Part shown: in pieces, positions 1 through 13,874 of the stretch | How positions within the stretch are numbered: the stretch's first letter is position 1 | Layout: each line of letters begins with the position of its first letter | DNA from: Cycas panzhihuaensis | Taxonomy: Eukaryota > Plantae > Cycadophyta | DNA length: 64,000 nucleotides | Direction of reading: 5' to 3' | NCBI GenBank assembly: GCA_023213395.1 | Contig: CM041465.1 | Coordinates: forward strand, 205,413,741-205,477,740 | Translations under genes and position numbers: made by a program | Notes under the pieces: model-generated | What the model saw: only the letters and a program-made list of their open reading frames with translations | What the model was told of the DNA's origin: nothing | Databases searched by the model: none

Positions 1-318
1 GTTTTTAATGGTAGTTAGGGAGGTGAAATTCACCTATTAATGAAGCAAAGTCATAGTTGGAGTCAAAATTCAAATGTGTAAGCCATGTTCATGGTATGAG
101 TTAGCTCGTTGGGTTCATCTAAAGCTAGTTAGTGATCTGTAGTAGTGATTGAAGTTAGCAAAGCATGTTCTAATGGTGATTCAGTAGTGGTGTCAGTTTT
201 ACTATTGACAAAACACCATAGAATTCAATATAAAATAAGCCTTTTTACTATCAAACATACCTTTCTCATTTGAGTGTGAGATTGGAGTCTTAAATTGGGG
301 TTTTTCTACCCTTAATAT

Positions 319-486
319 GAGTGTTGGGTAGTACACATGGTTGTAATAGTGTTTGTTTGGTAAAATTTAGTCTTAAGTTGGATTATGGTGTATCTGCTTG
401 AGTGTTGGATAGTACACATGGTTGTAATAGTGTTTATTTAGTAAAATTTAGTCTTAAGTTGGATTGTGGTGTATTTGCTTGAGTGT
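319..486 (+). repeat. 81-bp tandem duplication (2 copies) in the C1 leader
   Basis: gagtgttgggtagtacacatggttgtaatagtg...gtatctgctt at 319-399 is repeated at 400-480 with few substitutions. Confidence 0.95.
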
Positions 487-1299
487 GAGGCACTCCATTA
501 GCATATGTGTGAGTGATATAAGCTTAGATCAACTATGTTAAGGCTGGCTAGGCTTTGTATGTACTTCCTTACCAATTATGAACAACCAAAAGTTAAATCT
601 GGTCTGATTTTTAGTGCACGGGTTAATATTTATGTATTTGTAGTAGTCGCATCTCCATTTTATTTAATATTTAGACATGGAGATTTAAATTAATATTATT
701 TGATTAATATTTATTAAGTTTTAGACCTTAGTAATTTAATTCAATTAAAGTGACATTAATATAAATCACGTGCATTAAATTAGGCATACAAATGTAATTC
801 AAAATTTATATTTTTTAGAATATACCTTTTGGCATATTTCCTTTATAATATGATTTTATAAAAAAGGCCTTTGAACCATTAATATTCAATATATTTTATT
901 TGTGAAATGTTGTGGAGTATATTGTAGTGATAAACGATCATTTTTTAGCCATTTGTTATGTGGATCTGACTTGGAAGATGTACACCTTGTACTATGTTGA
1001 GATTCTATTATTTTTTAGCATATTCTAAGAATCCTAAGTCTTTTTTAAGACTATTTTAGTATTCTCAAGACATTTTTTTGGAGTCTATTAGTGAGGGATG
1101 AATAGTTGATGAGCCACTCTAGGTATGCATAGTCATTATTCTACGTTCCCTAGTGAGTATACCTAAGATGGAGGTGATCATAGTGGTGTAAGTTTTGTCC
1201 AAAGGAATATAAGTTCATTAGTCTAGTGATTTTAACTCTTGTGTTGAAGTTTATTTCTTAAGATTGAGTGTGTGCTTCCCAAAGTTATCTTTAACAATA

Positions 1300-4200
1300 A
1301 TATTTTAAATGAGTGGAAAGCTAACATGGAGTTAGTATTGATGGTGAATCAACTCTAGGCAATTACTAAGGTGAAGGTGGATGCTATCCCATTTGACTAT
1401 AAAGAATGTATGAAACTTAAGGAGAAGTAATTTATAGCCATTAGATTATTAAAGTTATCACTAGCACTAGACCAGAGGGATTTGGTTCATAACTTAGAGT
1501 AGCCAAATAAAATCAAGGCAAAATTATATCAAACTTTTGAGAAAAAGAAGATGAATAGATGTTTGGCCTTAATGTTGAAGCTTCTCAATTCTAGAGTAGA
1601 AGATGAGACTAATATAAGTTCCTACCTAAATAAAATCACTGACTTGATGAATAAGCTAAAAGAGTTAAAGCTAAAATTAATCGATGATGCACTCTTATTT
1701 GTAATAATCTTGTCAAAGTTACTAACTGCTTTTGCCATTGTTTAGACCATTTATGGTAGAGATGAGGTGATGCAGGTAGAGATATTTGATGGCATAAAGA
1801 ACCTTATTCTAGTAGAGGATGCTAAGTTAAAACATCATGGGATGCTTAGAGGTTTCGAATTGAGTCAGGCCTTATGAAGATACAGAGGAGAGAGGTCATT
1901 CAAGAGGAGACGTACACACATAGGTCTAGGGAAGACTCCCGAGAAAAGAAGAAATTCACTGGTAAATATAACTACTACAAAAAGGAAGGCCATAGAGAAA
2001 AGAATTATTAGTTCAAGAGATGGGACAAACACAAAGTTAGCCAAGATAATAAAGGGAAGAGCATTGCAATATATTGTGTTAGAGTAACAGCCTTATCTAT
2101 CAAGTTAAATAAGAGAGACTACTAGATTTTAGTCTCTATAGTGCAAAAGTATATCTCTTTCTAGAAGCATAAATTTGATATATGAAGTGAAAATTATAGT
2201 GCTACAAAGATCATCTTTAGAGATGCTCACATGTTACCAATGGAAGGTATTGGGGTTTTAATTGGTGGTATGTTTACAAGGATATATTATGTACCCAAGA
2301 TGTAGTAGAATTTACGTTTAGCTCGAGAAATCTATAAACAAGGAATGAAGGTAGAGATTTATCATGATAGATGCCTAATTAAGGATCTTAAGTAGAATTT
2401 CTCTATCATTGCTACTGATAATGTCAAAGATAACTTTTAAATGCTTGAAAATTTTTAATCTCAGAAGAAGTCATATGTCCTTGTTATCAGTGTAGATGAT
2501 GTGAGCAAGTTGTGGCATGATTGCCTAGGTCACCTTAATTACAAGAGCATCATATTATTGAAAAGGTTAAAAATAGTGGATGGATTACCATTTATTTTAT
2601 GTTTAAATAATGTTTATGAAGGGTGCATATATGGGAAGCATCATTGCTATTCTTTTTCTTAGGACAATGCCTAAAGAACCAAGGTGAAGCTAGAGCTTAT
2701 GCATATAAATATAATGGGTCCACTCCTAAAACCTTTAATATTAGAAGCTCAGTATACCTCAATGTTTGTGGATGATTACACTATGAAGGCTTGGGTATAT
2801 TTCATAAAGAATAAGTTAGATGTATTTGATCACTTTTATGACTGGAAAATAAGTGTAGAAAACAAATGTGATAAGAAGATTAAGATGTTAAGAAGTGATA
2901 ATGGTAAGGAATATGAGAATCATGTATTTAATTAGTTATGTTAGGATCATGGTATAAAATGGGAGTTTACCATCCTTTATACCCTATAGATGTTACTAAA
3001 AGGAAAAATTGTACCATGATAGAGATGGCAAGGTGTATGGTATACTCTAAAAACTTGCCACCAATGTTTTGGGCAAAGGCTATGGTGACTATTATTTATA
3101 TTTTAAACTAGATACCCACTCAAGTTGTTTAAATCATGACCCTTGAAGAAGAATAAACTAGTCATAAACATATGATTAATCATTTTAAAATATTTAAGTC
3201 CATTGGATATACACATATCCCTGACAATAATTGCAAAAATCTTAATTACAAGAATTTAAAATGTATCTTTGTGGGGTATCATTTTTTTTAAAAAAACTTA
3301 CAGACTGTGGGATCTATAAGGGAGAAAGATTGTGATTAGTCAAGATGTCAACTTTGATGAGCCATTAATGTATCATGCTAAAAATTATCCCCCACTACTT
3401 CCATTTCCAAATTCATCAACTAAAGGGGATGATAAGCTAATTGCTAAAATTTATGAGGAAGCTAGACCAAGTGGAGCAAGTAATAGTGAGGACCTAGCAA
3501 ATGAAGAAGTACCTCCAACAGTAGGTCCTTCTATACCATTATAAGTAAGAAAGACAATTGAGGATTTCATAGTGGTGATGCATACCCTTGCTAATAAGAG
3601 GAGAACAAGAAGTTAACATGCCAATTAAACTCTACTGGTAAACACCATCAACTCTAGTGAACCTGATTTATATGATGAGGTGAAAGGTGATCTATAATAG
3701 AGAGCCACAATGGAAGAGAAGTATAGTTTAATCATGAAGAATGACACATGAGATTTAGTTCCACTCCCTCTAACAAAGAAACTTATTGGATATAAGTGGG
3801 TTTATAAGACTATGTTTTACTCTACTGGAGAGGTGGATAAGTACAAGACTAGGCTTGTCACTTAAGGGTTCAAACAAAAGGAAGGAATTGATTATAAGGA
3901 TACATTTATACTAGTCTCCAAGATAATGATAGTTTATTTGATTATTTCCCTAACAGCTACATATGGTTAGGATTTACTTCAAATGGATGTTAAGTCTACA
4001 TTTCTTAATGGTGACCTAAAGAAGGAGATTTGCATGTCATAGCCTATGGGATTCATTAATGAAAGCCAGGAGCATATTGTGTGCCAATTGAAGAAATCAC
4101 TCTATGGCTTGAAATAAGCACCATGTGCTTGGTATGATAAGATTGATGCCAAGTTAAAAGCTAAAGGATTTGTTATTTTAGATCTCAACCTGAATCTATA

Positions 4201-5188
4201 TATGAAAAGGAGAGGAATCTCAATAGTAGCTATTATACTATATATAGATAATTTACTCATCAGAGGCAACTATAATAAGACCATTATAAGAGTCAAATCT
4301 AATTTGGAAGCTACCTTTGACATGACAAAGCTCAAGAGACTTCACTACTTATTATATATTTAAGTTAGGCAGACGAAAGATCAGATCATATTATTATAAA
4401 CATAGTATATGAAGAACCTACTAGAGAAGTTTGGGCTATAGAATTATAAGTTAGTTGCAACACCATATGTTAAGGGTATAAGACTACAAAAATATATAGA
4501 CAAACCCTCTATAAATAGAATGAAGTATCATTAATTAGTAGGGAGTCTAATCTATTTGATCCATACTAGACCAAATATCACCTATGTTATTGGATCAGTT
4601 TTTCAATATATGTAGAATCTTTAAGAATCATATTAGGTTACAGCGAAAGAGATTTTGAAGTACTTAAAGAGGAAATTCAATCTTGGTCTCGAATACCATC
4701 ATGGCAAGGAGATAAAGGTGTATGTCTATATTAATATCGATTAGGGAGCTAACTTTGATGATCAGAAGTCTATTATTAGATATATCTTTGGTGTTGGTAA
4801 TAGATTTGTTTCATGGTAGTCAAAAAAGCAACAAACAATGGTGTTATCTTCTACATAGGTAAAATATTAAGGACTCAATGTTGATGTAAAGGAAGTTGTA
4901 TGGTTTCAAGGTCTCATGGAAGTTCTTAGAGTTTTAAATGGGCATCCAATTATTTTTGTCAATAATCTAAGTACCATTTGTTTATCAAATAATCCAAAGT
5001 TTCATACTCGTATGAAGCACATTGAGATACAACACTGCTACATCTGTAAATAGATCAAGTTAGGGAAACTATAAGTCAACTATTATCCAAGTGAATACCA
5101 ACTTATAGACATCTTCACTAAAGCACTTATTGAAGATCAATTTATAAAGATGCTTACCAGATTAGGACTCATAGATATTATCCTCTAG
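1300..5188 (+). pseudogene. Copia gag-pol pseudogene of C1 (many stops and frameshifts)
   Basis: ORF 1551-1745 is gag-like. Eroded zinc knuckle YNYYKKEGHREKNY at ~1967, LWHDCLGHLN at ~2510, ORF 2684-2935 integrase (FVDDY, LRSDNGKEY), RT motif QMDVKSTFLNGDL at ~3980, RNase H end IDIFTKAL at ~5105. Confidence 0.9.
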
Positions 5189-5240
5189 GAGGGACGTATT
5201 GACAAGGATAAATAGGGAGGATGTATTGACAAGGATAAAT
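5187..5240 (+). repeat. 27-bp tandem duplication just after the pol stop
   Basis: aggagggacgtattgacaaggataaat followed by agggaggatgtattgacaaggataaat. Confidence 0.9.
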
Positions 5241-5317
5241 AAATAGGATAATCCCAATCTTTATGATAACTCAACTGCTATAGGTTGCAAGTTCCCTACA
5301 TTCACATTAAGGAGGGA

Positions 5318-5694
5318 TATTAATGTGGTAGTTATTTGTTAAGCCACTGATTAATATTAATATGGTGGTTTAACTTAATTATAATTAACAAAATGATGTG
5401 AGATATATAGAAGGTTATAACCCTTGTCAGTTGACACCTCTTAGAAGGATATATATAGAGAGAGACAGAGAGACAGAGAGACAGAGAGACAAAGCCCTTG
5501 TATACTCATCAATCAAGTAAGTGGTAATCAATGTGATCTATAGATCTTTGTGGTGGGTTTTTTCCTGAAAGAGTTTCCCACATAAATCCTGAGTACTATG
5601 CATCCATTTTTTGTGTATATCTTGTTTACTTATTGTATATTATAAAAGATTCTATGGATATAAACATGAATGTATACATTCATGTTCCTTAACA
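5318..5694 (+). repeat. 3' LTR of C1
   Basis: Follows the PPT, runs TATTAATG...CCTTAACA, and is colinear with the LTR at 57303-57652. Confidence 0.88.
5449..5491 (+). repeat. (AT)n/(AG)n/(AGAGAGAC)n microsatellite inside the C1 LTR
   Basis: Read directly; it sits where the related LTR has tataaaa (~57432). Confidence 0.85.
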
Positions 5695-7118
5695 AACCTT
5701 GTAATATCCCTCTAAAGGTATATAATATAGCAAAATCGAGAAAAATATGTTAGTTGAATTAATTCATATAAAGGAAGTCATAGAAATAAACAAAGATGCC
5801 CAACTATTTTTGTCTCATTTTAAGTTAAACAAAGGGTGTATCTAATTAAGAATCACTCATAAAGGATGTTATAAATATTTTCATTAAGATCTAATATTTG
5901 AAGTGAAATGGGGCAATATAAAAGAGGAAAAAAAGTGAAACAAATATGGAAATTCACTTAAACCTTGACCAATTAACCTATATTTAATATATCCCATATG
6001 CAGATGAATTATAGAGTAGATGCAAGGCCATGCAAGGTGCAATAGCAAAAGGAAGGATCAAATTTCATCTCTAAAGGTGAAATTTTGGTTCACAAAGTAA
6101 AAATATGATTGTAGGAGGAAGATAACCATTTTTGCTTGAACAATAATAAAAGATATAATGAAACCCATAATAATGACTTGTCATTTTGATCATTGATAGC
6201 CTAATAGACTAGTGGTAAAGTTATTCTAGGAAAAGACACATTCATTTATTAAAAAATCATTTTTTGTGAAGGAATCCAATATTATTCACACTTAAAAGTA
6301 GAATATTCTATTAAGAATATTATCAATAAAACTTTGGATAAGAAATATTTTATATTTTCTAAAGTTTAATTGAAATTAAATTAAATTAGGGTTTCATTTG
6401 GAGTCTAGTACAAATCGCCTAGTTTTCATCCCTCAGTCACATGGCATTTTAAGTGATAGAGATATTTCTAGACCATCTAGAGTCAAATTTTAAAAAGTAA
6501 ATATACCATGATGTATGATTTTTTGAGATCCATGATATAAGAGTAATCATATGTAGTAATTTAGAATAAAATATTAAACAAAAATTAATTTTTTTTATTT
6601 TTTAGTATATTCTAACTACCTGTACGTAGACTAAAGCAACAAAAGTGATCATATCAGCTACCTACATGTAGACTGATATTATTTATAGCCTTTTCTTTTA
6701 TTCTTGTTCTTATTTAATTATTTTTAAATTATTTTTATTTATTACTTTGCTTAAAAATAACTTTTGGAGGAATCATAATGGAAATAGTCACATAAAGGCT
6801 CATTATTCTTAAAAATTACATAATCTAGAAACATCATATACATAATTTCTTTCATCTAAATGATTTACAGAAGTACGTTAATAATTCTATAATGGGAAAG
6901 GATGCCAATGAAATCATTCATTTCTAAAATAGATTAAAGATAGATGTTGACTTCAATACTGAGTATCAATCAAAGATGAGGATTGCATTTAGATTTCTCA
7001 ACCTATTAATCAGTGTTAGCATTATTTTGAATATCAAGGATACTACTACATTAAACCAAATATGAGACATGATCATGAATATGTTTAAGCATAAAGACAA
7101 CATGAGAGCCCTCAACCT

Positions 7119-7444
7119 TATTGGGTATAATATTTGGACTTATGTTTAATTTATTAGTCATTGCCTAGATCCCACTTTTATGCTCTTGTAACCCTCAAGA
7201 TTATTTTGATTATTATATTATACTCATCTTAATATTTGTATAAGTGGTATCCTGATTTATATACCAAACCACCAAGAACACACCATTATTGATCTTGAAG
7301 GATCTTACATACATGTGAGTATCCTACATATGTATGCATATTTTATATTGTAATACAACAAGTAGTGTTCATTCGATTTATCCATCTTTATATCTCACAT
7401 TTCTTCTCTTAAGATATGATATTACTCCAATACCACATCTAACA
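7119..7444 (+). repeat. 5' LTR of element A
   Basis: Homologous to 13875-14198; bounded by the TSD and the PBS. Confidence 0.9.
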
Positions 7445-7480
7445 TTTAGTGTTAGAGTTAAAATAGGTTTTGATCCCTTG

Positions 7481-10400
7481 AGAGGTGTTTCCTAATATGG
7501 TATCAGAGATGTAAGAGTTGTACAAGTAGATAAACATTGTTTAGATCATCTAATCATTAGTTCTAGGTCATGTTGGCTTACTCGGTAAGGATTAACTTAT
7601 CTGATGACTGATAAAACTATCATGGAGGTGTAACTGATTATTTAAAAGCCTTGGAATATTGCCTATTATTATTTGTAGTTATTTAATACCCTATAGAGGT
7701 GTGTGTACAAGTAGAAGGCATTATTTTTAATGTTGGAGTCTCTATTTTCTAATCAATAGCCCTTGTTACTCCATTGCTAGTTATTTATGCTTGTTTTGTT
7801 CCTATTGACGGTGCCAGATCTATTGTTTAAGGTGCCACTAAGTATGCAAAGCCCCAAGATTATGTGGAGGTGTTTTTTATGTTTATTGAGTAATTTAGAG
7901 GTGATTGAGGCTACTCATGTAAGGAGAGATACTGTGCACCTAGTTGCAGATGATTTCCATTACCCCCATTGAAGTGAGACAATCCTGTGAGTGCAATAGA
8001 GCTATAAGAAATAACATAGCAAACATATTTATAAAGGTATGCTCTATTATATTTTTGGAATATATTGATTGCCCAGTTCTTGTATATTGATTTTAAGATG
8101 GCATTTGTATAGTTTAATCATCCTATTTATTATTTCATCACTCACGGGTTGATTACCAATTATGTGATCTAAATTTGATCACAACTGAGTATATGAAAAC
8201 CTTCATTGGATTATATTTATATATATGCCTATCGGTTGAATCCTATGTGATCATAGTTATTACATATCAAGCTACATGATGATAGATTATAGCCATGATC
8301 ATGTTATTTTTGCTCGTTGAAAATTTTCTACATAATCACATATTTACATCTAAATATATTAATTGCCTGAATAGATTCTTTAATTGATTGTTGGCTAATT
8401 AGATATATATAGTAGCATCTCTAATAAGTCATTTGATATGTACTATATTCACCTATATTGATTTGTGTTGCATTATATCTATTTATTGCATGATGATTAT
8501 ATGAAGTTTGCCTATATATATTTTATCTCAGTTGCCCTAAGTTTGCTATATAGTTTTCATATGTTCATCATTAAAATATAAAATCACAGTTGCAAAGAGA
8601 ATGTATAGGCTCGTATTGTTTATGGCCAAAATATATCATTTCTTTGATTAAGGTTGATCAACTTTATCTTATTTGATAAAGTTATTTGAGATTTTCTTTA
8701 ATGGCATGATGACTAAGGATGTCCAAATCAATTTTATTTGTTTGTTGTTTGCCCTGAGTCACCCATGTTAATATGTTTCCATTGAGATATATACAGTCAC
8801 CTTCAAGTTAATTTAGATGAAGGTCATCTTTGCATATAGTCATATTTAATTTTTCATAATGAAAATATGCCTAGTTTTATGTCATTTTGACGAGACATAT
8901 TAATGAATACAAAGTGATATGACATTTGATGTTTTTATATCATAAGGGATTCTTAATGTATTATAGATATTACATAAATATTTTCTACATGTGGTTGTGA
9001 TATTTAGGAGAGGCGTGTTACTTAATAATGTATATAAGTTTTTCCACTCATGATTAGTTAAAACATTCTATTATATTGATAATTATAAAGGGCGTATTTC
9101 ATGATTAATATATGTTTGAGATATGTTAGACATATGAGTTATCAGGGTAGGCAAACTGTATTGATCATTATGCATTGTGATATGATGGGTATGTGATGTG
9201 TGTTAGTGTTTCATTGGCAACATGAGGCAACTTTGAGATATGGCAAAGAAGTGAATGTTACCACTCTATATTGAGCATTATTTGGTGACTATTTTGGGTG
9301 AAGTGGGTGATACTAGGCAAAAGAGGATGAGTTTAAAGGGTGAGAATGGGTGAGAATTATCAAGGTAGTGGAGTTCACTAATTGATAGCAGGGCGAGAGG
9401 GGAAAGCATGATAGAGATACCTAAGCTACAAGCAAGAAAACTTTGTTGAATTGTCTAGATTATTACACATTATAATACAAGTGTGATTTATTTGAAAGTG
9501 ATGTATTTTATTCAATTATATCAAGTATTTTTACATCAAATATGAACATGATAAAGAGTTTAGAATTTTCTAGTTAATGGCTAGTTTATATAAGTGGTTA
9601 TAAGTGTTACTGGACCATTATACTTTAGGTGGTTGAACTAATGTTAGCATGAGGGTTTATATGGCCTATTTGATGTTGGTTCAACATGTGTACATATTTG
9701 AATAAGTCTGATGTAGAAACATTAGTGTGATTATATGAAATTAAAGTATGAATAGAAAGGTTTATGATGTAAAGCCTTAAAATTAGTTCAGCCTTTGTCA
9801 TGGTATGGAATAGGAGTGGTTGTCCCATATACCCTAGTTAGATTGAGTTATAGGTACCACGATGTAGATGAGGAGATGTTTGGCGTATGTTATGAGTTTG
9901 CCTCCCATGTTTTTTATTGACAGAAGTTATTATAGATAGTTGCTAACAGGTACCTTATTAAGGTTGTTCATGATATATCTCCCTTGTTTTTATGTGTTAG
10001 ACTAGTCAGAAACCTTCCATTTGATTCTTAAGGTACATTAGAGTGTACACATCTTAGACAAAGAGCACAACAGTAGGATTATAAGAGTTTGAAGTGAATA
10101 GGATTTACAAATAGTATGATCTATAGGGGAAAGTACAATATGATTAATCTACATGTCAATTTGAAGAGTTTATGATGTATCATGCTGAGTGTTATTTGAT
10201 TATAGGTTTTTATCCTTCATTTATTACCATTTCTAAGTTGTTGTTTATCAGATGTAGTGGTTTATTTGTCTAATATTGTGTTTGAGATAGAAGAAAGACT
10301 TAGTGGAAGTGATGATGAGGAGTTGTTACAAGAAGAGATATGGATTATAACCCATATTCCATTGATGGTAAAAGACTTGCAATATGATTAAAAGGTTAGC

Positions 10401-11397
10401 ATGCCATTCAAAGCTCGTGATAGACACCAACATTCTAGTAAGTAGAGACTTGCAATGAAGAGTTACATTAATAGAGGAGTGATGTATATGGGATTTAGGT
10501 CCCTTATCTCCCTTAAAGAACTTGGTCAGTTTGTAAGTTAGTAAAGATTATTGTGCAGGATTTCATGCAAAAAGAAGGATTTAGGTATAAGGAAACATTT
10601 ATACTAGTCTCTATGTTATTGGTCTATTTGATCCTTACTTTAGTAGCTACATATAGTTGGGAGTCACATCATGTCAGTATTCCTTAATAGAGACTTGAAG
10701 AGGATATTTACATGGCTCAAGTGGCTCAACCTCTTAGTTTAGTCAAAGGAAAATAGTTAAGTTTTATAAACTAAGTGTGAGTGCAAGAGAGAGTTATATG
10801 GTTATAAGGTCTATTAGAGTCAATTCTAAAGAATCAGACATATACAAGGAATAACACCATTACATCCGAGAGTAGATCAGATTAGGGAAGATGTAGGTTG
10901 AATTTTATCCAAGTGGAGATCAATTTATGGATGTATTCACCAAGCTCTTACTAAAGATTGCTTCATCAGTATTCATATATATTAGGAGAGGTTATCCTTG
11001 AGAGGGGATCTATCGGTAAGGATAAAGAGAGACCAATCCCTTAGGAAGACTTCATGATCCCATATTTATATTAAGAGGGGATGTTAGAATATATCATATA
11101 CTGTCTAACACTAAATATATGGATATTATATATGGATAATGTTGGTGTAATATTGGAATGAGCTGATGGATATAAACCTACTTATTTAGGACACTAAAGG
11201 ATCTATAAATATAGATCTAATGTCCATTGTGTGTGCACTTTAGATTTGTTTAAAATGTGATATAATATCATTTTGATATGTTTTACCTGAGAGAGTTTCC
11301 CACATCAAATCTGGTGTCCCATATGCATTCGTTCTAGTCAGATCTATTGTGTGTTAAAGATTCTATCATTTAGTTTGCGTAGAGGTGTTTCCTAACA
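7481..11397 (+). mobile_element. Non-autonomous copia derivative (B), related to C1, nested in A; 5' LTR reduced to its last ~17 bp
   Basis: agaggtgtttcctaata plus PBS tggtatcagag (7498-7508). RT scrap KETFILVS at ~10590 and RNase H scrap DVFTKLL at ~10930. PPT aagagggga, then LTR 11082-11397 ending agaggtgtttcctaaca. Confidence 0.8.
11082..11397 (+). repeat. 3' LTR of element B
   Basis: TGTTAG...CTAACA termini after a PPT; shares the motifs gagtttcccacat and aaagattctat with the C1 LTR. Confidence 0.85.
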
Positions 11398-13424
11398 TTT
11401 TTTTTATAAAAGGATCATTAAACTAAGGAGGCTTTTCTTCTATGAGAAAACTTTCCAAAGAAGTTTGTTGATGCTGCTTATAACCTCCCCTTATCTAAGG
11501 ATAGGTTCTCTATCCCGTGAAAGGACTAAGACCATAATCTACAAAAGTAGGACCCAATGCTCTAAAAGGCTCGAAGATGCTCATTTTTATCCTACTATTT
11601 GTACTCAATGCCTATAGAATTCTCATAAACTATAAGGTTTGTATTATTTCCACCTACGTAGAGGGGTTTCTATGTTGTAACTTTTGGTTAGACTTGTTTG
11701 TATCAAATATATTATAGTTACTCTCTACAAAAGTATTCAAAAGTATATCTATATCTATTGATACATGGACATCAACAATAAGGTACTATATCAAGAATAT
11801 GCCCTAAGAAAATAGGGTGATATGCCTAAATAGAGCTATAGTGATGAAAGTAAATCCCCAGCTTGAATGTAAATGGGCTATGTACAACTAAACTAATTAC
11901 CTTAGCTGTCATCTCTCTAATAGTATGTAGCCTAAGGAAGTCTTACTTCCCCTCTTCTAATATGGATAGAATATTATTTTAGGCTTCAAACTTTTATGGC
12001 TTTCACTAAATTTCTAGCTTGCTTCCACTCAAAGATATATACCCATAATCCTTTATTATTTGGATGGATCCGTTCATGGGATGAGTTATACCAATAAGAA
12101 AATAGTGGCGATCTAGAGTCACCAATAATACCTATTGACTCAACCTTGAATTATCAAATGTAAAATGGTTATGTTCTAATGTTGATAGCATGTAGTCGTC
12201 TGAGGAGCTAGTCTCCCTTCTTGTGTCTATAGTAACAGATGGGATGAACATGAGCTCAAGATCTCTAAACCTCAAAGAAAAGTAGCTCAATTGATTTGGA
12301 ATACGAATATGCAATGTCATTCAAACCTACATCATGATCATGATGAAGCAATAAATATTGTCATTGTAATGTCATTGCTAGATTCACAAAATAAAAAATA
12401 AAAAATGGAAAATATTTTCACCTAGGGTTTGATTTTTATTCTTTGGCATTTTAAAAGATTAAGTCATTTTTTGTTAATACGTTGAAATCTGTCATATTTT
12501 TAAAAAAAAATCAAATGTTTTTAAAAAATTTAATTAAATTTGAATGTTGTTTGAGTTTCGTAAGCCCTGAGCTGCTAGTAGATGGTCACATGAAGGTGAT
12601 AACATAACCAATAACCTAATGTTAAAGGGGCTAAGCACTTTTCCAGAGATCTTTTTTTATTTTTAAGCACCTATTTATACTATATTCATCATATCCCTCT
12701 CATATGGACTTTGATTTTGATTTTATCAATTGCATTAGAATCTTATTTCACTCCTCTTCAAAATGACTACTTATTTGACACCATTAGAGTCTATCTTATA
12801 AGCAAAAATAAAGTCCAAAGTTGAGTCAAAATTTTATGTACTTAATAAATATTACAATTAATGCCATATAATGTCTTAAAGGCCATGTTTAATCATTTAA
12901 TACCAACATCTTACATGATGACTAAAGTTTAATATTGTGTTACAAAAGTTTATTTAAAAATTAAACCTAAAATGGCTTAAGTTTAGTGATTTCTGACACT
13001 TTAAGAGGTGACCAATAATGATGTTGTTATTGATTTGGCATATAAGACCTTAGACAAGGCATTGCACATGATTTCTAAGTGTTAAAAGCCAAAGATGTAT
13101 GATAAATTTGAAGAGTTTGGTATTAACGTGGAGTCTTCTTCAACAATAGTAGGCGATGATCAACTATAAATGACAACTATAAGAGGCAAATATCTTAGTC
13201 TAATCATTTTTTGGTATGAGATTCACTTAAGTTACATGAGCATGATATACATGTATATATCCTTTTTTAAAATATACTATGTAAAAGTTAAAATATATGA
13301 TTTATGCTGCATTAAAATTATCATGTAATGTTGGCCTTGTATCCTTTGAGGGATCAATGATATCCCCATGTTTGTAGCCTTATTTAACTACTAAGACCCC
13401 TTATGTATTAGGGTCTTGATTTAT

Positions 13425-13545
13425 AAGCCCATTGAAATATGTTGAAACCATAGAAGCCATTGTAAGCCTATAATAGCATGATAAAGCCCATAGTAGCATG
13501 TTGAAGCCTACTAAGGCATGATTTAGAGCCATAACAGTAAATTTG
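13425..13545 (+). repeat. Degenerate ~20-bp minisatellite (about 6 units)
   Basis: Units include aagcccattgaaatatgttg, aagcctataatagcatgata, aagcccatagtagcatgttg and aagcctactaaggcatgatt. Confidence 0.75.
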
Positions 13546-13874
13546 AGGCTATAGTTTTTATCATTATATTTTTATCCATTAGATGTTGAAGAAAGCTACC
13601 TTATAGTTCTATTTAGTAAGAGGTAGAATACTCTTTCTAGTTACTCTTACATATTTTCAACATAGTTGATAGGCCACATAGGACAATATCTTATAAGAGA
13701 AGTGTTAATAAAGAAGCTAATTAAACCATGATCTAGTATATAGAGTTATATTCATAAGGACATCAATGATTTGATAAAGATTTAATGTAGCTTGGAGCAA
13801 TTATAGTAATAAGTAAATGAAGCAACAAAGATAGTAGATATAAAAACCATAAATTAAACATTAAGAGGGATAAA

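Larger units (their letters stand above)
1..5694 (+). mobile_element. Degenerate Ty1/copia LTR retrotransposon (element C1); its 5' LTR lies upstream of the window
   Basis: Leader 1-340 aligns by eye with 57800-58180, which follows an LTR+PBS of the same family. Gag, PR, INT, RT and RH remnants follow in copia order, then a PPT (aaggaggga, ~5309-5317) and an LTR. Confidence 0.9.

Noticed and set aside
7450-7497. A 48-bp mini-LTR starting TGTTAGA
   Set aside because: The TGTTAGAG string is better explained as the eroded PBS of element A at the expected position after its LTR.
13425-13545. Short regularly spaced repeats as a CRISPR-like array (also 25569-25637)
   Set aside because: These are head-to-tail degenerate units with no unique spacers, there are no cas genes, and the context is eukaryotic TE sequence.
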